DNA from: Chthonomonadales bacterium
GTDB lineage: Bacteria; Armatimonadota; Chthonomonadetes; Chthonomonadales; CAJBBX01
DNA length: 64,000 nucleotides
NCBI GenBank assembly: GCA_049967475.1
Contig: JBMFSQ010000005.1
Span: 89,246 to 153,245 of the forward strand
Reading direction: 5' to 3'
In this document: positions 41,132 to 52,133 of the stretch, piece after piece
Position numbering within the stretch: position 1 is the first letter of the stretch
Layout: each line of letters opens with the position of its first letter
The notes under the pieces: model-generated
The model's database searches: none
Seen by the model: only the letters and a program-made list of their open reading frames with translations
What the model was told of the DNA's origin: nothing
Program-made: the position numbers and the translations under genes

Positions 41132-42655
41132 ATGGCATCATACCTGCTTGCACTGGATCAGGGAACCACCAGCTCCAGGGCTATCCTCTTCGACCTGGAG
41201 GGGCGTGTCGTGTGTCAATTCCAGATAGAACTCCCCCAGGTCTATCCCCAGCCGGGCTGGGTGGAGCAGGATCCGGAGGCAATTTTCCAGACGCAGCTTC
41301 TGGCAGCTCGGCAAGCATTGGCACAAGCGCATGCATCTGCCCGTGATGTGGTGGCCATCGGCATCGCCTGCCAGCGTGAAACCACCATCCTATGGGAGCG
41401 GGCCACCGGCCGCCCCATCTCAAATGCCATCGTTTGGCAAGATCGGCGCACAGCTCCCCTTTGCAAAAAGCTCGTGGCCGAAGGCGCCGAGCCTTTCATC
41501 CGGCGAAGAACCGGTCTTCTGCTGGACCCCTACTTTTCGGCAACAAAGATCGCATGGCTTCTGGACCACGTCCCCGGCGCGCGCCTTAGGGCTGAGCGCG
41601 GCGAATTGGCTTTCGGAACCGTGGATACCTTCCTTCTGTGGCGTCTCACAGGCGGTCACGTTCACGCCACGGACGTCACCAATGCCTCGCGCACGCTTCT
41701 TCTGAATATCCGCACCCTGAAGTGGGATGAAGAGCTTGCATCGCTCTTCGGCATTCCCATGGCCCTCCTGCCACAGGTGTGCCCCAGCAGCTTCGCTTAT
41801 GCTTCCACTGCCGCCGACATGCTCGGAGCACCCATCCCTGTGTGCGGGCTAGCCGGAGATCAGCAGGCCGCCGCCTTTGGGCAGGCATGCTTCCGCTCAG
41901 GTATGCTCAAAAACACCTATGGAACGGGCTCGTTCCTCCTGCTGAACACCGGGCACCGCCCCGTGTCCTCGCGCCATCGCCTCATAGCCACTCCAGCATG
42001 TGGACTACCGGATCGCCTTAGCGGTTCCCCAGATACGAGGCCTTCTTACGCCCTGGAAGGGTCCGTATTTGTGAGCGGGGCCGCCGTCCAATGGCTGCGG
42101 GATGAACTGGGCGTCATCAACAGGGCGTCGGAAATCGAGGCTCTTGCTGCATCTGTGAGCGACACAGCTGGTGTGGTGATGGTCCCGGCATTTTCGGGGT
42201 TGGGGGCGCCCTATTGGGATGCCGATGCGCGAGGCGCGCTTCTGGGGCTCACGCGGGGAACCAGCCGCGCCCATATCGCCAGGGCTGCCCTAGAGGCTGC
42301 GTGCTTTCAAACACGCGACGTGGTGGAAGCAATGAAAGCAAGCGTGTCCGTGCCGATGACACAGATGCGCGTAGATGGGGGTATGGCAGCGAACAACTTG
42401 CTCATGCAGATGCAGGCAGATCTGCTGGGTTTGCCTGTTCTGCGCCCGCGCGTCACCGAGACTACTGCCCTGGGCGCAGCCTTCCTTGCGGGGCTCGCGG
42501 CGGGAGTTTACCATTCAACAGCAGAGTTGGCATCGTTCTGGCGCGCAGACCGCACGTTCGAACCCGCGATCTCCCAGGATTGCCGCGACGCGCACTACGA
42601 ACGCTGGAGGATGGCGGTTGCCGCCGCGCGAAGGTACAAACCCAGCCAGGCATGA
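41132..42655 (+). CDS. glpK: Glycerol kinase
   Basis: [41 protein letters not shown]. Confidence 0.96.
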   Translation: MASYLLALDQGTTSSRAILFDLEGRVVCQFQIELPQVYPQPGWVEQDPEAIFQTQLLAARQALAQAHASARDVVAIGIACQRETTILWERATGRPISNAIVWQDRRTAPLCKKLVAEGAEPFIRRRTGLLLDPYFSATKIAWLLDHVPGARLRAERGELAFGTVDTFLLWRLTGGHVHATDVTNASRTLLLNIRTLKWDEELASLFGIPMALLPQVCPSSFAYASTAADMLGAPIPVCGLAGDQQAAAFGQACFRSGMLKNTYGTGSFLLLNTGHRPVSSRHRLIATPACGLPDRLSGSPDTRPSYALEGSVFVSGAAVQWLRDELGVINRASEIEALAASVSDTAGVVMVPAFSGLGAPYWDADARGALLGLTRGTSRAHIARAALEAACFQTRDVVEAMKASVSVPMTQMRVDGGMAANNLLMQMQADLLGLPVLRPRVTETTALGAAFLAGLAAGVYHSTAELASFWRADRTFEPAISQDCRDAHYERWRMAVAAARRYKPSQA

Positions 42656-42854
42656 AGGCGTCGGAAGGATTTCGGTCAATCCGTGCCGCAATGGTCCGTA
42701 TATTAGGATGGGCGCCTGGGTTCTTGATGCATCCGGCGCAATCAAGCCAAGAACCGGCAGGTTGAAGTCAGAAGCACTAAATCGAGCGGCTTCCGTATGA
42801 AGTCATTGGAAGTTCACAGCCTGTAGTCGCATTGCCATTGAGGAGGGACCGTTT

Positions 42855-43664
42855 ATGTTGCACCGTACCGTTTTGCTTGGGATTGCAGCAGTTGCCTTGG
42901 CGTTCCCCGCGGCGTCCGGCGCGAAACCCGCCAAGAAGCATCTGCTGATCGTGTCGTATGCAGCCGGCTTTGCACACAGCTCCCGCGCCACCGGAGAACA
43001 GGTTCTGACACAGCTGGGGCAACAAAGCGGCATCTTCGACGTGGCCTACTGCCGGACGGCGGAAGACGTCAAGACGATGCTCACACCCGAGGGGCTCAGC
43101 AAGTTCGACGGCGTCTTCTTCGACAACACCACTGGGAACCTCGGCATTCCGGATCTGCATGCCTTCCTGGACTGGATCAAGGCCGGGCATGCCTTCTTTG
43201 GGGTGCATTCAGCAACAGACACCTACCATCCGCGCGACATCAATGGGGACACATCCTACATAGACATGATCGGCGCGGAGTTCAAGACACATGGCGCCCA
43301 GGCAGAGGTAGACGCCATCGTCAACGATCCCAAACATCCGGCGGTGAAGGATCTGGTTCCCGATTGGAAAGTTCGTGACGAAATCTATGAATGGGTCCAG
43401 AACCCCAGGCCCAACGTCCATGTGCTGCTTTCCCTCACCAGGCATCCCAATGACGGGCACCCGCAAGCGGGCCAGCCTGAGGATCACCCCGTAGCCTGGT
43501 GCAAGATGTACGGCAAAGGCCGGGTGTTCTATACGGCCTTCGGACATCGTGAGGACGTGTGGGAGAACCCTGTTTTTCAAAAGCACCTTCTGGGCGGCAT
43601 CAAATGGGGCTTTGGGCTTGCCAAAGGAAGCGCCACGCCCAACAATCCCGCACCCAAGGAATAG
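42855..43664 (+). CDS. Secreted ThuA-domain protein
   Basis: GFAH, GVHSATDT, DEIY, GKGRVFYTAFGH; signal peptide. Confidence 0.88.
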   Translation: MLHRTVLLGIAAVALAFPAASGAKPAKKHLLIVSYAAGFAHSSRATGEQVLTQLGQQSGIFDVAYCRTAEDVKTMLTPEGLSKFDGVFFDNTTGNLGIPDLHAFLDWIKAGHAFFGVHSATDTYHPRDINGDTSYIDMIGAEFKTHGAQAEVDAIVNDPKHPAVKDLVPDWKVRDEIYEWVQNPRPNVHVLLSLTRHPNDGHPQAGQPEDHPVAWCKMYGKGRVFYTAFGHREDVWENPVFQKHLLGGIKWGFGLAKGSATPNNPAPKE

Positions 43665-43688
43665 CCTTCGCTAAAGCAAACATCGCCA

Positions 43689-43718
43689 GGGCCGTTCGTG
43701 TGAACGGCCCCATCTTTG
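43689..43718 (+). terminator. Hairpin terminator
   Basis: gggccgttc-gtgt-gaacggccc-catcttt. Confidence 0.6.
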
Positions 43719-43741
43719 TGAAGTGAGGATTTTTTGCGCCT

Positions 43742-44977
43742 ATGCGCGTGCTGATGCTGTCGTGGGAGTATCCGCCCCGCATCGTGGGCGGCATCGCCCG
43801 GCATGTGGAAGAGCTTTCCTGGGCGTTGGCCGGGATGGGCGTGGAGGTACACGTGGTCACCTGCGAATTCCCAGGTGCGCCCAACGAAGAGGTCTTTAAC
43901 GGCGTCCACATCCACCGCGTGACCCCCTATTGGCCGGCAGACAACTTCATCCACTGGGTCCAGCAGCTCAACGCGGCCATGCGGCACCGTTCTGAGGGTC
44001 TCATCCGGGAATGGATCGGCAATGGGCCTCCGCTCTACGAACGCCCTTTCGAGGATGGGGTGCTGCTCCACGCCCATGACTGGCTCGCCCACTTCAGCGC
44101 CTCTGCCCTCAAGCACCAGTTCAAGATCCCCTTGGTGGCCACGATCCATGCTACCGAGCATGGCCGCAACAACGGCATCCATACGGATGGCCAGCGGTAC
44201 ATCAACTCCGTGGAATGGCAGCTTGCCTACGAGGCGTGGCGCGTCATCGTCTGCTCCTGGTTCATGAAGGGCGAGGTTGAATATGCCCTCCAGGCTCCAT
44301 GGGACAAAATTGACGTCATCCCTAACGGCGTCCGCACCGACAAGTTTGAGTTCCCATTCTCACCCGATGAGGCAGCCGAGTTTCGATCTCGGTATGCTGC
44401 ACCGTGGGAGAAGATCGTTTTCTTCGTCGGCCGAATGGTTCGCGAGAAGGGCGCCCACGTGCTCGTAGAGGCTCTCCCTCGCATCCGGGCGCAATATCCC
44501 TACGCCAAGCTGGTCATTGCAGGAGGTGGACACCGCCAGCACCTGGTGGATCTGGCACATCACCTCGGCGTGGCCCAGAATGTGTATTTTACGGGCTTCG
44601 TAACCGACGACGACCTTTTGCGCCTATACCGCGTCATTGACGTTGCCTGCTACCCAAGCCTTTACGAGCCCTTCGGCATCGTCGCACTGGAAGCCATGGC
44701 GGCTGGGGTACCGGTCGTGGTGTCCGACGCAGGCGGACTTCGAGAGGTCGTAGAGCACGATGTTACCGGCACAGTCACCTGGGCTGGAAACCCCGAGAGC
44801 CTAGCTTGGGGCGTCACCCGCGTGCTCTCCAATCCGGACCATGCCCGATGGATGGCCCAGAATGCGAAGCAGCGCGTCTACGAGCTCTTTGCGTGGCCCC
44901 GCATCGCTCAGCAGACCTGTGACGTGTACCAGCGCGTTTGGAGCGAATATCGGCACGTAGGCCCCGCGTGGTCCTGA
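43742..44977 (+). CDS. GT4 family glycosyltransferase
   Basis: WEYPP..VGG, HAHDWL, TIHATE, PSLYEPFGIVALEAMA. Confidence 0.93.
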   Translation: MRVLMLSWEYPPRIVGGIARHVEELSWALAGMGVEVHVVTCEFPGAPNEEVFNGVHIHRVTPYWPADNFIHWVQQLNAAMRHRSEGLIREWIGNGPPLYERPFEDGVLLHAHDWLAHFSASALKHQFKIPLVATIHATEHGRNNGIHTDGQRYINSVEWQLAYEAWRVIVCSWFMKGEVEYALQAPWDKIDVIPNGVRTDKFEFPFSPDEAAEFRSRYAAPWEKIVFFVGRMVREKGAHVLVEALPRIRAQYPYAKLVIAGGGHRQHLVDLAHHLGVAQNVYFTGFVTDDDLLRLYRVIDVACYPSLYEPFGIVALEAMAAGVPVVVSDAGGLREVVEHDVTGTVTWAGNPESLAWGVTRVLSNPDHARWMAQNAKQRVYELFAWPRIAQQTCDVYQRVWSEYRHVGPAWS

Positions 44978-44994
44978 AGGCGCCTTGAAAGACG

Positions 44995-45891
44995 CTATAG
45001 GCGCCGCAACTCGTCCAGGACATCCCAAAGCGAGGGTCGGCGCACGGTTACCATGCGCACGATGTCCCCCGCGTGCCGAAACAGGTCGGCTGCAGCCAGC
45101 CCGCCATCGGAAGCCCGGAATGTTACTCGGCGATCCTCATCCTCCACCTCGAGATCGAACCCCCCGCGGATCGTCCGGCTTACTTGCCGGGCGTCCAAAG
45201 CCTCCACGGTAACGCGATGGGCCGAGGCGGCGGCAAGAAGCTCGTGAGGGGGCGCAGTCCGGAGGATGCGCCCGCCATCCATCAGTACGACCCTATCCGC
45301 CTCTTCGGCCTCATCGCTGCGGGTAGTTGCAAACACAACGGTGAGTCCATCCTCCGCCCGGCGATCCTCAAGGTACTGCCATATGCGCCGGGCCACAGGT
45401 TCCGGCAGGGTCCGTGTGCAATCATCCAAAAGCAACAGCGCCGGGCGCATTGCGGCGGCTTTAGCCACGCTTAGGGCCAGCCGGGATCCCTCGCTGAGGC
45501 CATAGAGAGGGCGATGGCGCACCCCATAAAGATCCGCAGCGGCAAGAGCTTCTGCCGTCCGGGCCGCCCGCTGCACCACTCCCATACCGCGATATGCCAG
45601 CGCCAGTACCTGCTGCGGCGTGAGGAAGGCTGGAATTTTTGGATACCGGGGTACGAGCTGTACGCCCCCAGGCGGGCCGAGGGAGGGCGCTGCTATGCGC
45701 TGGCCTGCCCCGGGACGGATTGTTCCTCCCAACAAGCGCAGAAGAAGGCTCTTGCCGGCGCCTGTACCTCCAAAAAGGGCAACGCGCTGCCCCGGCTCGA
45801 CGGCCAAAGTGTCCACCTGCAGCTCCCTTCCGCCGCGCAGCACCAGATGCACGTCCCTCAATTCGACAATGAAACCGGCAGTTTTAACCAT
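44995..45891 (-). CDS. ABC transporter ATP-binding protein (degenerate motifs)
   Basis: Walker A GGTGAGKS; LSEGS signature; LLLLDD Walker B. Confidence 0.8.
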   Translation of the reverse strand: MVKTAGFIVELRDVHLVLRGGRELQVDTLAVEPGQRVALFGGTGAGKSLLLRLLGGTIRPGAGQRIAAPSLGPPGGVQLVPRYPKIPAFLTPQQVLALAYRGMGVVQRAARTAEALAAADLYGVRHRPLYGLSEGSRLALSVAKAAAMRPALLLLDDCTRTLPEPVARRIWQYLEDRRAEDGLTVVFATTRSDEAEEADRVVLMDGGRILRTAPPHELLAAASAHRVTVEALDARQVSRTIRGGFDLEVEDEDRRVTFRASDGGLAAADLFRHAGDIVRMVTVRRPSLWDVLDELRRL

Positions 45892-45903
45892 GAACCATGC
45901 CTC

Positions 45904-46254
45904 CTACAACCGGGAGGCGTACTGCACGCTCCGATACACAGCCGACACGAGGGGGATCACCGTAAAGAGCAGGGCCAGATATCCCACACCGGCCACCGAG
46001 ATGTGGTACGTGCGCCACATGGCGAGGAGGGCCAAAGAAAGGGCCACAATCTCCGCACCCGCCCGGATCATCTGGCCTCCTGCAAACCGGTTCGCCGGGT
46101 ACCATGCTTCATCCGAAGCGAGCGTCTTGGCGGTCCTGAAGCCGTAGATGCCGTTTCGGGGTATCCTACCCAACGTGAGCGGGATGCCCAGGATTAGAAT
46201 CAGGGTGCCTCCCGCGATGCAGATAAGAACCAGCAAAAGCTGGGGAGCCATCAC
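45904..46254 (-). CDS. SdpI family membrane protein
   Basis: IPRNGIYGFRT..LASDEAWYPANRFAG; three TM segments. Confidence 0.85.
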   Translation of the reverse strand: MMAPQLLLVLICIAGGTLILILGIPLTLGRIPRNGIYGFRTAKTLASDEAWYPANRFAGGQMIRAGAEIVALSLALLAMWRTYHISVAGVGYLALLFTVIPLVSAVYRSVQYASRL

Positions 46255-46322
46255 CGCCTCCTTCCTCCATGGGCCAGCGGGGCACAGAGCTCCCCGGGCG
46301 CCGGCAAAGAGGACACCTACCT

Positions 46323-47810
46323 ATGACCCATGCGCTCGAACAACTGAAACACCATCTTGCCGAAATCGGCCATATTCACCGGGCCATCGCGCTACTCGAC
46401 TGGGATCAACAAACGTATATGCCCCCGGGTGGGAGCCAAGCACGGGCCGAGCAAATCGGTTATCTGAGCGGCCTGGCTCACGCGCGCTTCGTCAGCGACG
46501 ACACCCGCCGCCTTCTGGAAGCCGCCGAAGCAGAAACCGCCGGCTCAGACCCGCACAGCGATGGAGCCCGCCTGGTTGCCAATGCGCGCCGAGATTTTGA
46601 TCATGCCGTTAAGATACCCGCAGAACTTGCCGCAGAACTCGCAGAGCACACCTCAAGCTCCCAACAGATCTGGCGCACGGCACGCCAACAGAAAGACTTT
46701 ACCCCCTTTGCTCCGGCCCTCGCCCGCACCATAGACCTCGTGAGGCGTGTGGCCGACCTTCTGGGATATCCCGACGAACCCTACGATGCCCTTCTCGATG
46801 AATACGAGCCCGGGATGCGCGCCGCCGATGTAGACGCCATTTTTCAGAAGTTGAAGCCAGCCCTAGTGGACCTTGTGAAGGAACGCGGCGAAGAAACGCA
46901 ACCCGGCACACCCAATCCTTTCCAGGGAACGTATCCGGCTGCCGATCAACACCGGCTCACACTCCGCGTGGTAGAGGCCATGGGATATGATCTCTCACGC
47001 GGGCGCCAGGACATTGCGGCGCATCCTTTCTGCACCAACTTCAGCCGCGACGACGTGCGCATCACCACCCGCTTCGATGAAAGCCGCCCGGACTATGCCC
47101 TCTACAGCTCGATGCACGAAGCGGGCCACGCTCTCTACGAGCAAGGCATCCCCCAGGAATACGACAACACGCCCCTCGGCAGCGCGGCGTCCATGGGCTT
47201 CCACGAGAGCCAGTCTCGCATGTGGGAGAATTTCGTGGGCCGCAGCCGTGAGTTTATCCACTGGATCTGGCCTCTCCTCAGTGACACCTTCCCATCCGGC
47301 CTAGCAGGCTGGACGCCCGACCGCTTCCACGCTGAGGTAAACCGGGTGCAGCCTTCCCTGATCCGCGTGGAGGCCGACGAAGTAACGTACAACCTGCACA
47401 TCCTGCTGCGCTTCGAACTGGAGCGCGAGCTGCTCAACAACCGCCTCAAAGTGCAGGACCTGCCCCGCGCGTGGAACGATCGCATGGAAGCCTATTTGGG
47501 CATCGTGCCGCCCAATGACGGCGACGGCGTGTTGCAGGATATCCACTGGTCTGCAGCGCTCATCGGCTATTTCCCTACCTACACATTGGGAAACCTCATA
47601 GCCGGGCAGCTTTGGCATCACATCCAAAAGTCCATCCCCAACCTCCCGGAGCAGATTGCGAAGGGCGAATTCGCACCGCTGCTTCAGTGGCTCCGCACCA
47701 ATGTGCACCGATATGGCCGCAAATACCAGCCGGCAGAGCTGCTGGAGCGCATCACCGGAGAACCCCTTTCACCGGACTACCTCGTTCGACACCTGCGTGC
47801 CCAAAGATGA
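46323..47810 (+). CDS. Carboxypeptidase M32 (Taq family)
   Basis: WDQQTYMP, HPF, DVRITTR, HEAGH, HESQSR, IRVEADE, GYFPTY. Confidence 0.96.
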   Translation: MTHALEQLKHHLAEIGHIHRAIALLDWDQQTYMPPGGSQARAEQIGYLSGLAHARFVSDDTRRLLEAAEAETAGSDPHSDGARLVANARRDFDHAVKIPAELAAELAEHTSSSQQIWRTARQQKDFTPFAPALARTIDLVRRVADLLGYPDEPYDALLDEYEPGMRAADVDAIFQKLKPALVDLVKERGEETQPGTPNPFQGTYPAADQHRLTLRVVEAMGYDLSRGRQDIAAHPFCTNFSRDDVRITTRFDESRPDYALYSSMHEAGHALYEQGIPQEYDNTPLGSAASMGFHESQSRMWENFVGRSREFIHWIWPLLSDTFPSGLAGWTPDRFHAEVNRVQPSLIRVEADEVTYNLHILLRFELERELLNNRLKVQDLPRAWNDRMEAYLGIVPPNDGDGVLQDIHWSAALIGYFPTYTLGNLIAGQLWHHIQKSIPNLPEQIAKGEFAPLLQWLRTNVHRYGRKYQPAELLERITGEPLSPDYLVRHLRAQR

Positions 47811-47967
47811 ACGGACGGAAGGGAACCGCGTTCCCCCATTCCGGGCACGCGGGCGCGAACCATTCCCGGGCTGCGCCGCGACCTCGGGAAGGCAGACCAG
47901 CAAAACAACAAAGCCCGCCGGAGGAAGCCAAAACTGCTCCCGGCAGGCTCTGGTGTAACGGCTAGCG

Positions 47968-48040
47968 TGGAGGTTGGCGGACTCGAACCGCCGACCTACT
48001 GCGTGCAAAGCAGTCGCTCTCCCAGCTGAGCTAAACCCCC
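47968..48040 (-). tRNA. tRNA-Ala (TGC)
   Basis: GGGGGTT...AACCTCCA; anticodon TGC; G3:U70 pair. Confidence 0.96.
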
Positions 48041-48085
48041 GCTGTAGCGGCGATGCCGCCGCGCCTGGACCAAGCTTCGTCTGGA

Positions 48086-48159
<74 letters not shown>

Positions 48160-48172
48160 GCAAGCGCGAAAT

Positions 48173-48202
48173 ATGTTACCACCGTCCACGGTCCCATGTC
48201 AA
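48173..48202 (-). promoter_or_regulatory. Sigma70 promoter for tRNA-Ile/Ala
   Basis: TTGACA-N18-TAACAT with upstream TG. Confidence 0.7.
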
Positions 48203-48446
48203 CGGGGTGCACAGCGTTGCACGCCTATCGAAGCGCCCAGGATCACCCAGGCGGCGCTCGGATCACCGGGCTGCGCCTGTTGCGTGCCGCCCCCAGCAGC
48301 CCGCGGCGCGTTTCAGCGCATCCGCTGGAAACTACCCCGCCACCACCATCACGGAGATTAGGGAGCGATCCCCTTGCGAGGACCCCAAGGAGCAACCCTT
48401 TCCAGTTCAAATCCACCCATGGCGCGATACATCCCAGCGATCGCGA

Positions 48447-48475
48447 TTGACACCAGCGCTGCGCGTGGATACACT
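48447..48475 (+). promoter_or_regulatory. Sigma70 promoter for TPR-hsp20-lon
   Basis: TTGACA-N17-TACACT. Confidence 0.7.
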
Positions 48476-48502
48476 AATCCATTGCAAAACGGAGGGCTGA
48501 AG

Positions 48503-49081
48503 ATGCGCGCAAAGCTCCTGTGGGCGCTCGCTCCAGTGATCCTCGTTGGCGCTCTTGTGTGGCGCGAGCGGTTTTCGGGGTATCATGAGCGGTTGGCGGA
48601 GGCTCATTTTGAAAAGAGCGAGGAGTTGGCCCACCGAAGGCAATTCGATGCCTCCCGCCGTGAAATGGAACTGGCGGTCCGAGAAGATCCCAAGTATGAA
48701 GAGGCGCGCGATGGTCTAGCCGCCATCTATGCGGGAGAGGGTCGCCTGGAAGATGCCATCCGCGTTTATCGGGAAGGGATTGCGCTCACGCCCACATCGG
48801 CCTTGCTGCACGACGGATTGGGCGGCCTCTTGTACTCCTGGGAACGCTACGACCAGGCCCTTCCTGTTCTGGAAGAAGCTGTTCGGATCAAACCGGACGG
48901 GCCATCCGTATACCTATTGGGGATGTGCTACGAGCGGGCGAACAGATGGCCCCAAGCTCAGAAGTATTGGGCTTCCCTAGTGGAGCGCCGGCCGGGCGAC
49001 CCCATCGCCAAGCGGGGATTGAGCCGCGTAATGGCTAGGGCAGCCGGTAAGCGGCGTGCACCCATGCGGCATCGAGAGTGA
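48503..49081 (+). CDS. Membrane-anchored TPR protein
   Basis: N-terminal TM segment followed by about 4 TPR-like repeats. Confidence 0.85.
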   Translation: MRAKLLWALAPVILVGALVWRERFSGYHERLAEAHFEKSEELAHRRQFDASRREMELAVREDPKYEEARDGLAAIYAGEGRLEDAIRVYREGIALTPTSALLHDGLGGLLYSWERYDQALPVLEEAVRIKPDGPSVYLLGMCYERANRWPQAQKYWASLVERRPGDPIAKRGLSRVMARAAGKRRAPMRHRE

Positions 49082-49094
49082 GAGAAACAGAACC

Positions 49095-49559
49095 ATGAGC
49101 TTCAAAGACTTCAGGGATATGGACCTGCTGCGCCAGATGGAGAACGAGATGCAGCGCATCGCAGACGAGGCCCTTCGTGGTTTCTTCGCAGAAGTGCCCG
49201 CTCCCAACCGCTTCTGGCAGCCGCGCGTAGACATGCATGAAACGCCTGAGAGCATCATCGTGAAGGTGGAGATTGCCGGCGTGGATCCCGATCGCCTCAA
49301 CGTGTCCCTCTCCGCCGATGACCGCGTGCTGACCATAGCGGGCGAGCGATCCGAAGAGCCTCGCGAGCGTCTGGACCGCATCCGCTGCTACCAGCTTGAA
49401 ATCTACTTTGGCCCCTTTGAACGTGAAATCGTGCTTCCCGGAGACATACGCATCAACCGGGACGAGATCAAGGCATCCTACCGGGAAGGCTTCCTGCTGG
49501 TAACGCTGCCGAAAGTTGCCGAAGGGGTTCGAGGCGGCCGCACCATCCCCATCGAATAG
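49095..49559 (+). CDS. Hsp20/alpha-crystallin small heat shock protein
   Basis: PRVDMHET, EIAGV, GPFEREI, ASYREGFLLVTLPK. Confidence 0.93.
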   Translation: MSFKDFRDMDLLRQMENEMQRIADEALRGFFAEVPAPNRFWQPRVDMHETPESIIVKVEIAGVDPDRLNVSLSADDRVLTIAGERSEEPRERLDRIRCYQLEIYFGPFEREIVLPGDIRINRDEIKASYREGFLLVTLPKVAEGVRGGRTIPIE

Positions 49560-49625
49560 ATTTCAGAACCCCAGGCCATGCGGAAACCCTCCGCTGGCGC
49601 CTTTGCATGTGCGAATAGAAACGCG

Positions 49626-52115
49626 ATGGAATCGAAGAATATAACCGACCTCATTGACCAGCTCGACGGCGCGCCCGACGGCAAGGTCACTTTGCCCGAT
49701 GAACTTAACTTGCTCCCTTTGCGAGACGTTGTGATCTTCCCCGTTCTCGTTGCGCCCCTAGGCGTAGGCCGCGAGAACTCCGTGAAGCTCGTCAACGAGT
49801 CGGTAGTAGGGGGCAACCGCATCATTGGCGTCGCAACGCTCAAGGATCCCACCATCGAGCAGCCTACTCTCGATGACGTGTACCGCATCGGCACCGCCGT
49901 GGCCATCCGGATGATGGGGCAGCTTCCGGAGGGCATCCGCCTCATCGTCCAAGGCATCTCCCGCATCGAGATCCTGGAAGCCATCCAGACCACGCCCTAC
50001 CTGCGCGTGAAGGTGCGCGCCATCCCCGAGCCCGAGGTGGCCCCCGAGGAAGTGCTGGAAATCGAGGCCCTCAAGCGCTCCATTGCCAATCTGTTCCAAA
50101 AAGCCGTCCAGCTCTCGCCGGACCTGCCGGATGAGCTCCAGGGCTTTGCCAACAACATCCGCGATCCCCGCATCCTCACGGATCTGATCGCGGCCCAAAT
50201 GCCCCGGCTCACCACCGAAGAGCGCCAGAAGATCCTGGAAACCATCCCCCTCAAGGAGCGCATGGAAGCCCTCGTGGCTCTCCTAGCCCGAGAGGTGCAA
50301 GTGCTGGAACTCAGCAGCAAGGTGCAATCCGAGGTGACCTCCGAGCTTGGGAAGTCCCAGCGCGAATACTATCTCCGCGAGCAGCTCAAAGCCATCCAGA
50401 AGGAATTGGGCGAAACCGACGAGCGCACAGCCGAGATCGAAGAGCTCCGCCAGAAGATCGAAGCCGCGCATATGCCGGAGGAAGCCCTCAAGGAGGCTAA
50501 CCGCGAACTGGACCGACTGGAGCGCATGAACCCCGCTGCTCCGGAGTATACCGTCGCCCGCACCTATATAGACTGGCTCGTGTCCCTACCCTGGGCGGTC
50601 AGCACCGAAGACAACCTCAATATCGAAGAGGTCAAGCAGATCTTGGATCAGGACCACTCCGGCCTCGAAAAGGTGAAGGAACGCATCCTGGAGTACCTCT
50701 CGGTGCGCAAGTTCAAACAGGCTGGGACGATGCGCCAGCCCATCCTCTGCTTTGTAGGGCCGCCCGGTGTAGGCAAAACATCTTTGGGCAAGTCCATCGC
50801 ACGGGCTCTGGGCCGCAAATTCGTTCGCATCTCCCTCGGAGGTGTGCGGGATGAGGCGGAGATACGGGGGCATCGCCGCACCTACGTCGGCGCCCTGCCC
50901 GGTCAGATCATCCAAGGCATCCGCCGGGCGGAGTCCAACAATCCCCTCTTTATGCTGGATGAGATAGACAAGATCACTGCAGACTTTCGCGGCGACCCAT
51001 CCTCGGCGCTCCTTGAAGTTCTGGATCCTGAGCAGAACAGCAACTTCCGAGACCATTACCTCGAGGTTCCGTTCGACCTTTCCCGCGTCCTCTTCATCAC
51101 GACGGCCAACGTCCTAGACACGATCCTGCCCCCTCTTAGGGACCGCATGGAGATCATCGAAATTCCGGGCTATACCGAGGAAGAGAAGCTTGCCATCGCC
51201 GAGCAGCACCTGGTTCCCAAACAGATCGAAGAACATGGCATCCAGGGCCGCATCGAGTTTCAGCGTGAGGCCCTTCTGGCCATCATCCAGGGTTACACCA
51301 GGGAAGCGGGTGTGCGCAACTTAGAGCGCGAAATCGCCAATGTGTGCCGCAAGGCGACCCGGGCGTTCGCGGAAGGACGGCTCGAAAACCTCGTGGTTAC
51401 GCCGGCCCAAGTGGCCGAATTCCTGGGCGCACCCCGCTTCGAGCGCGAGGCCGCCGACGAATGCCCCCGCCGGCCAGGCGTGGCCACAGGGCTCGTTTGG
51501 ACGCCGGTGGGAGGCGATATCATCTTTATTGAAGCCATCGCCATGCCCAAGCCCAATGACCGGCCGTCCTCCATCATTCTGACGGGTCAACTTGGCGATG
51601 TCATGAAGGAATCCGCACAGGCAGCCCTCTCGTACGTGCGTGCCCACACGGCAGAGATCGGCGCATCCCAAGATTTCTACGAAACGCACGACATCCACAT
51701 CCATGTGCCTGCCGGCGCAACGCCCAAGGACGGCCCATCGGCAGGCATCACAATGACCACTGCCCTGGCCTCCCTTTTCAGCGGCCGCCTTGTGAAGCCT
51801 CGCCTGGCGATGACCGGCGAGGTCACCCTCTCCGGAAAGGTCCTCCCGGTAGGAGGCATCAAGGAGAAGATCCTGGGCGCCCGCCGCGCAGGCATCAAGA
51901 CCATCATCCTGCCTGCACGCAACAAGAAGGATTTTCAGGAGGACATACCTCAAGAGGCGCGCACGGGAATGGAATTCCACTTTGTGGATGACGTCGCCGC
52001 AGTGTTGGAGCTGGCGCTGGAGCCTCCCAAACCCGGAGCAAAGCCGCGTTCCCGCAATGGGCGCGCGCGCCGCGCCGTAGCAGCAACCCCGAGCACGACT
52101 CCTTCTTCCGATTGA
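49626..52115 (+). CDS. lon: ATP-dependent protease La
   Basis: LPLRDVVIFP, GPPGVGKTS, RGHRRTYVGA, PKDGPSAG, GGIKEK. Confidence 0.98.
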   Translation: MESKNITDLIDQLDGAPDGKVTLPDELNLLPLRDVVIFPVLVAPLGVGRENSVKLVNESVVGGNRIIGVATLKDPTIEQPTLDDVYRIGTAVAIRMMGQLPEGIRLIVQGISRIEILEAIQTTPYLRVKVRAIPEPEVAPEEVLEIEALKRSIANLFQKAVQLSPDLPDELQGFANNIRDPRILTDLIAAQMPRLTTEERQKILETIPLKERMEALVALLAREVQVLELSSKVQSEVTSELGKSQREYYLREQLKAIQKELGETDERTAEIEELRQKIEAAHMPEEALKEANRELDRLERMNPAAPEYTVARTYIDWLVSLPWAVSTEDNLNIEEVKQILDQDHSGLEKVKERILEYLSVRKFKQAGTMRQPILCFVGPPGVGKTSLGKSIARALGRKFVRISLGGVRDEAEIRGHRRTYVGALPGQIIQGIRRAESNNPLFMLDEIDKITADFRGDPSSALLEVLDPEQNSNFRDHYLEVPFDLSRVLFITTANVLDTILPPLRDRMEIIEIPGYTEEEKLAIAEQHLVPKQIEEHGIQGRIEFQREALLAIIQGYTREAGVRNLEREIANVCRKATRAFAEGRLENLVVTPAQVAEFLGAPRFEREAADECPRRPGVATGLVWTPVGGDIIFIEAIAMPKPNDRPSSIILTGQLGDVMKESAQAALSYVRAHTAEIGASQDFYETHDIHIHVPAGATPKDGPSAGITMTTALASLFSGRLVKPRLAMTGEVTLSGKVLPVGGIKEKILGARRAGIKTIILPARNKKDFQEDIPQEARTGMEFHFVDDVAAVLELALEPPKPGAKPRSRNGRARRAVAATPSTTPSSD

Positions 52116-52133
52116 CCTGCGCGCATTCGGGCT

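Noticed and set aside
48380..49620. CIRCE/HrcA operator for hsp20-lon
   Set aside because: No TTAGCACTC-N9-GAGTGCTAA-like inverted repeat seen
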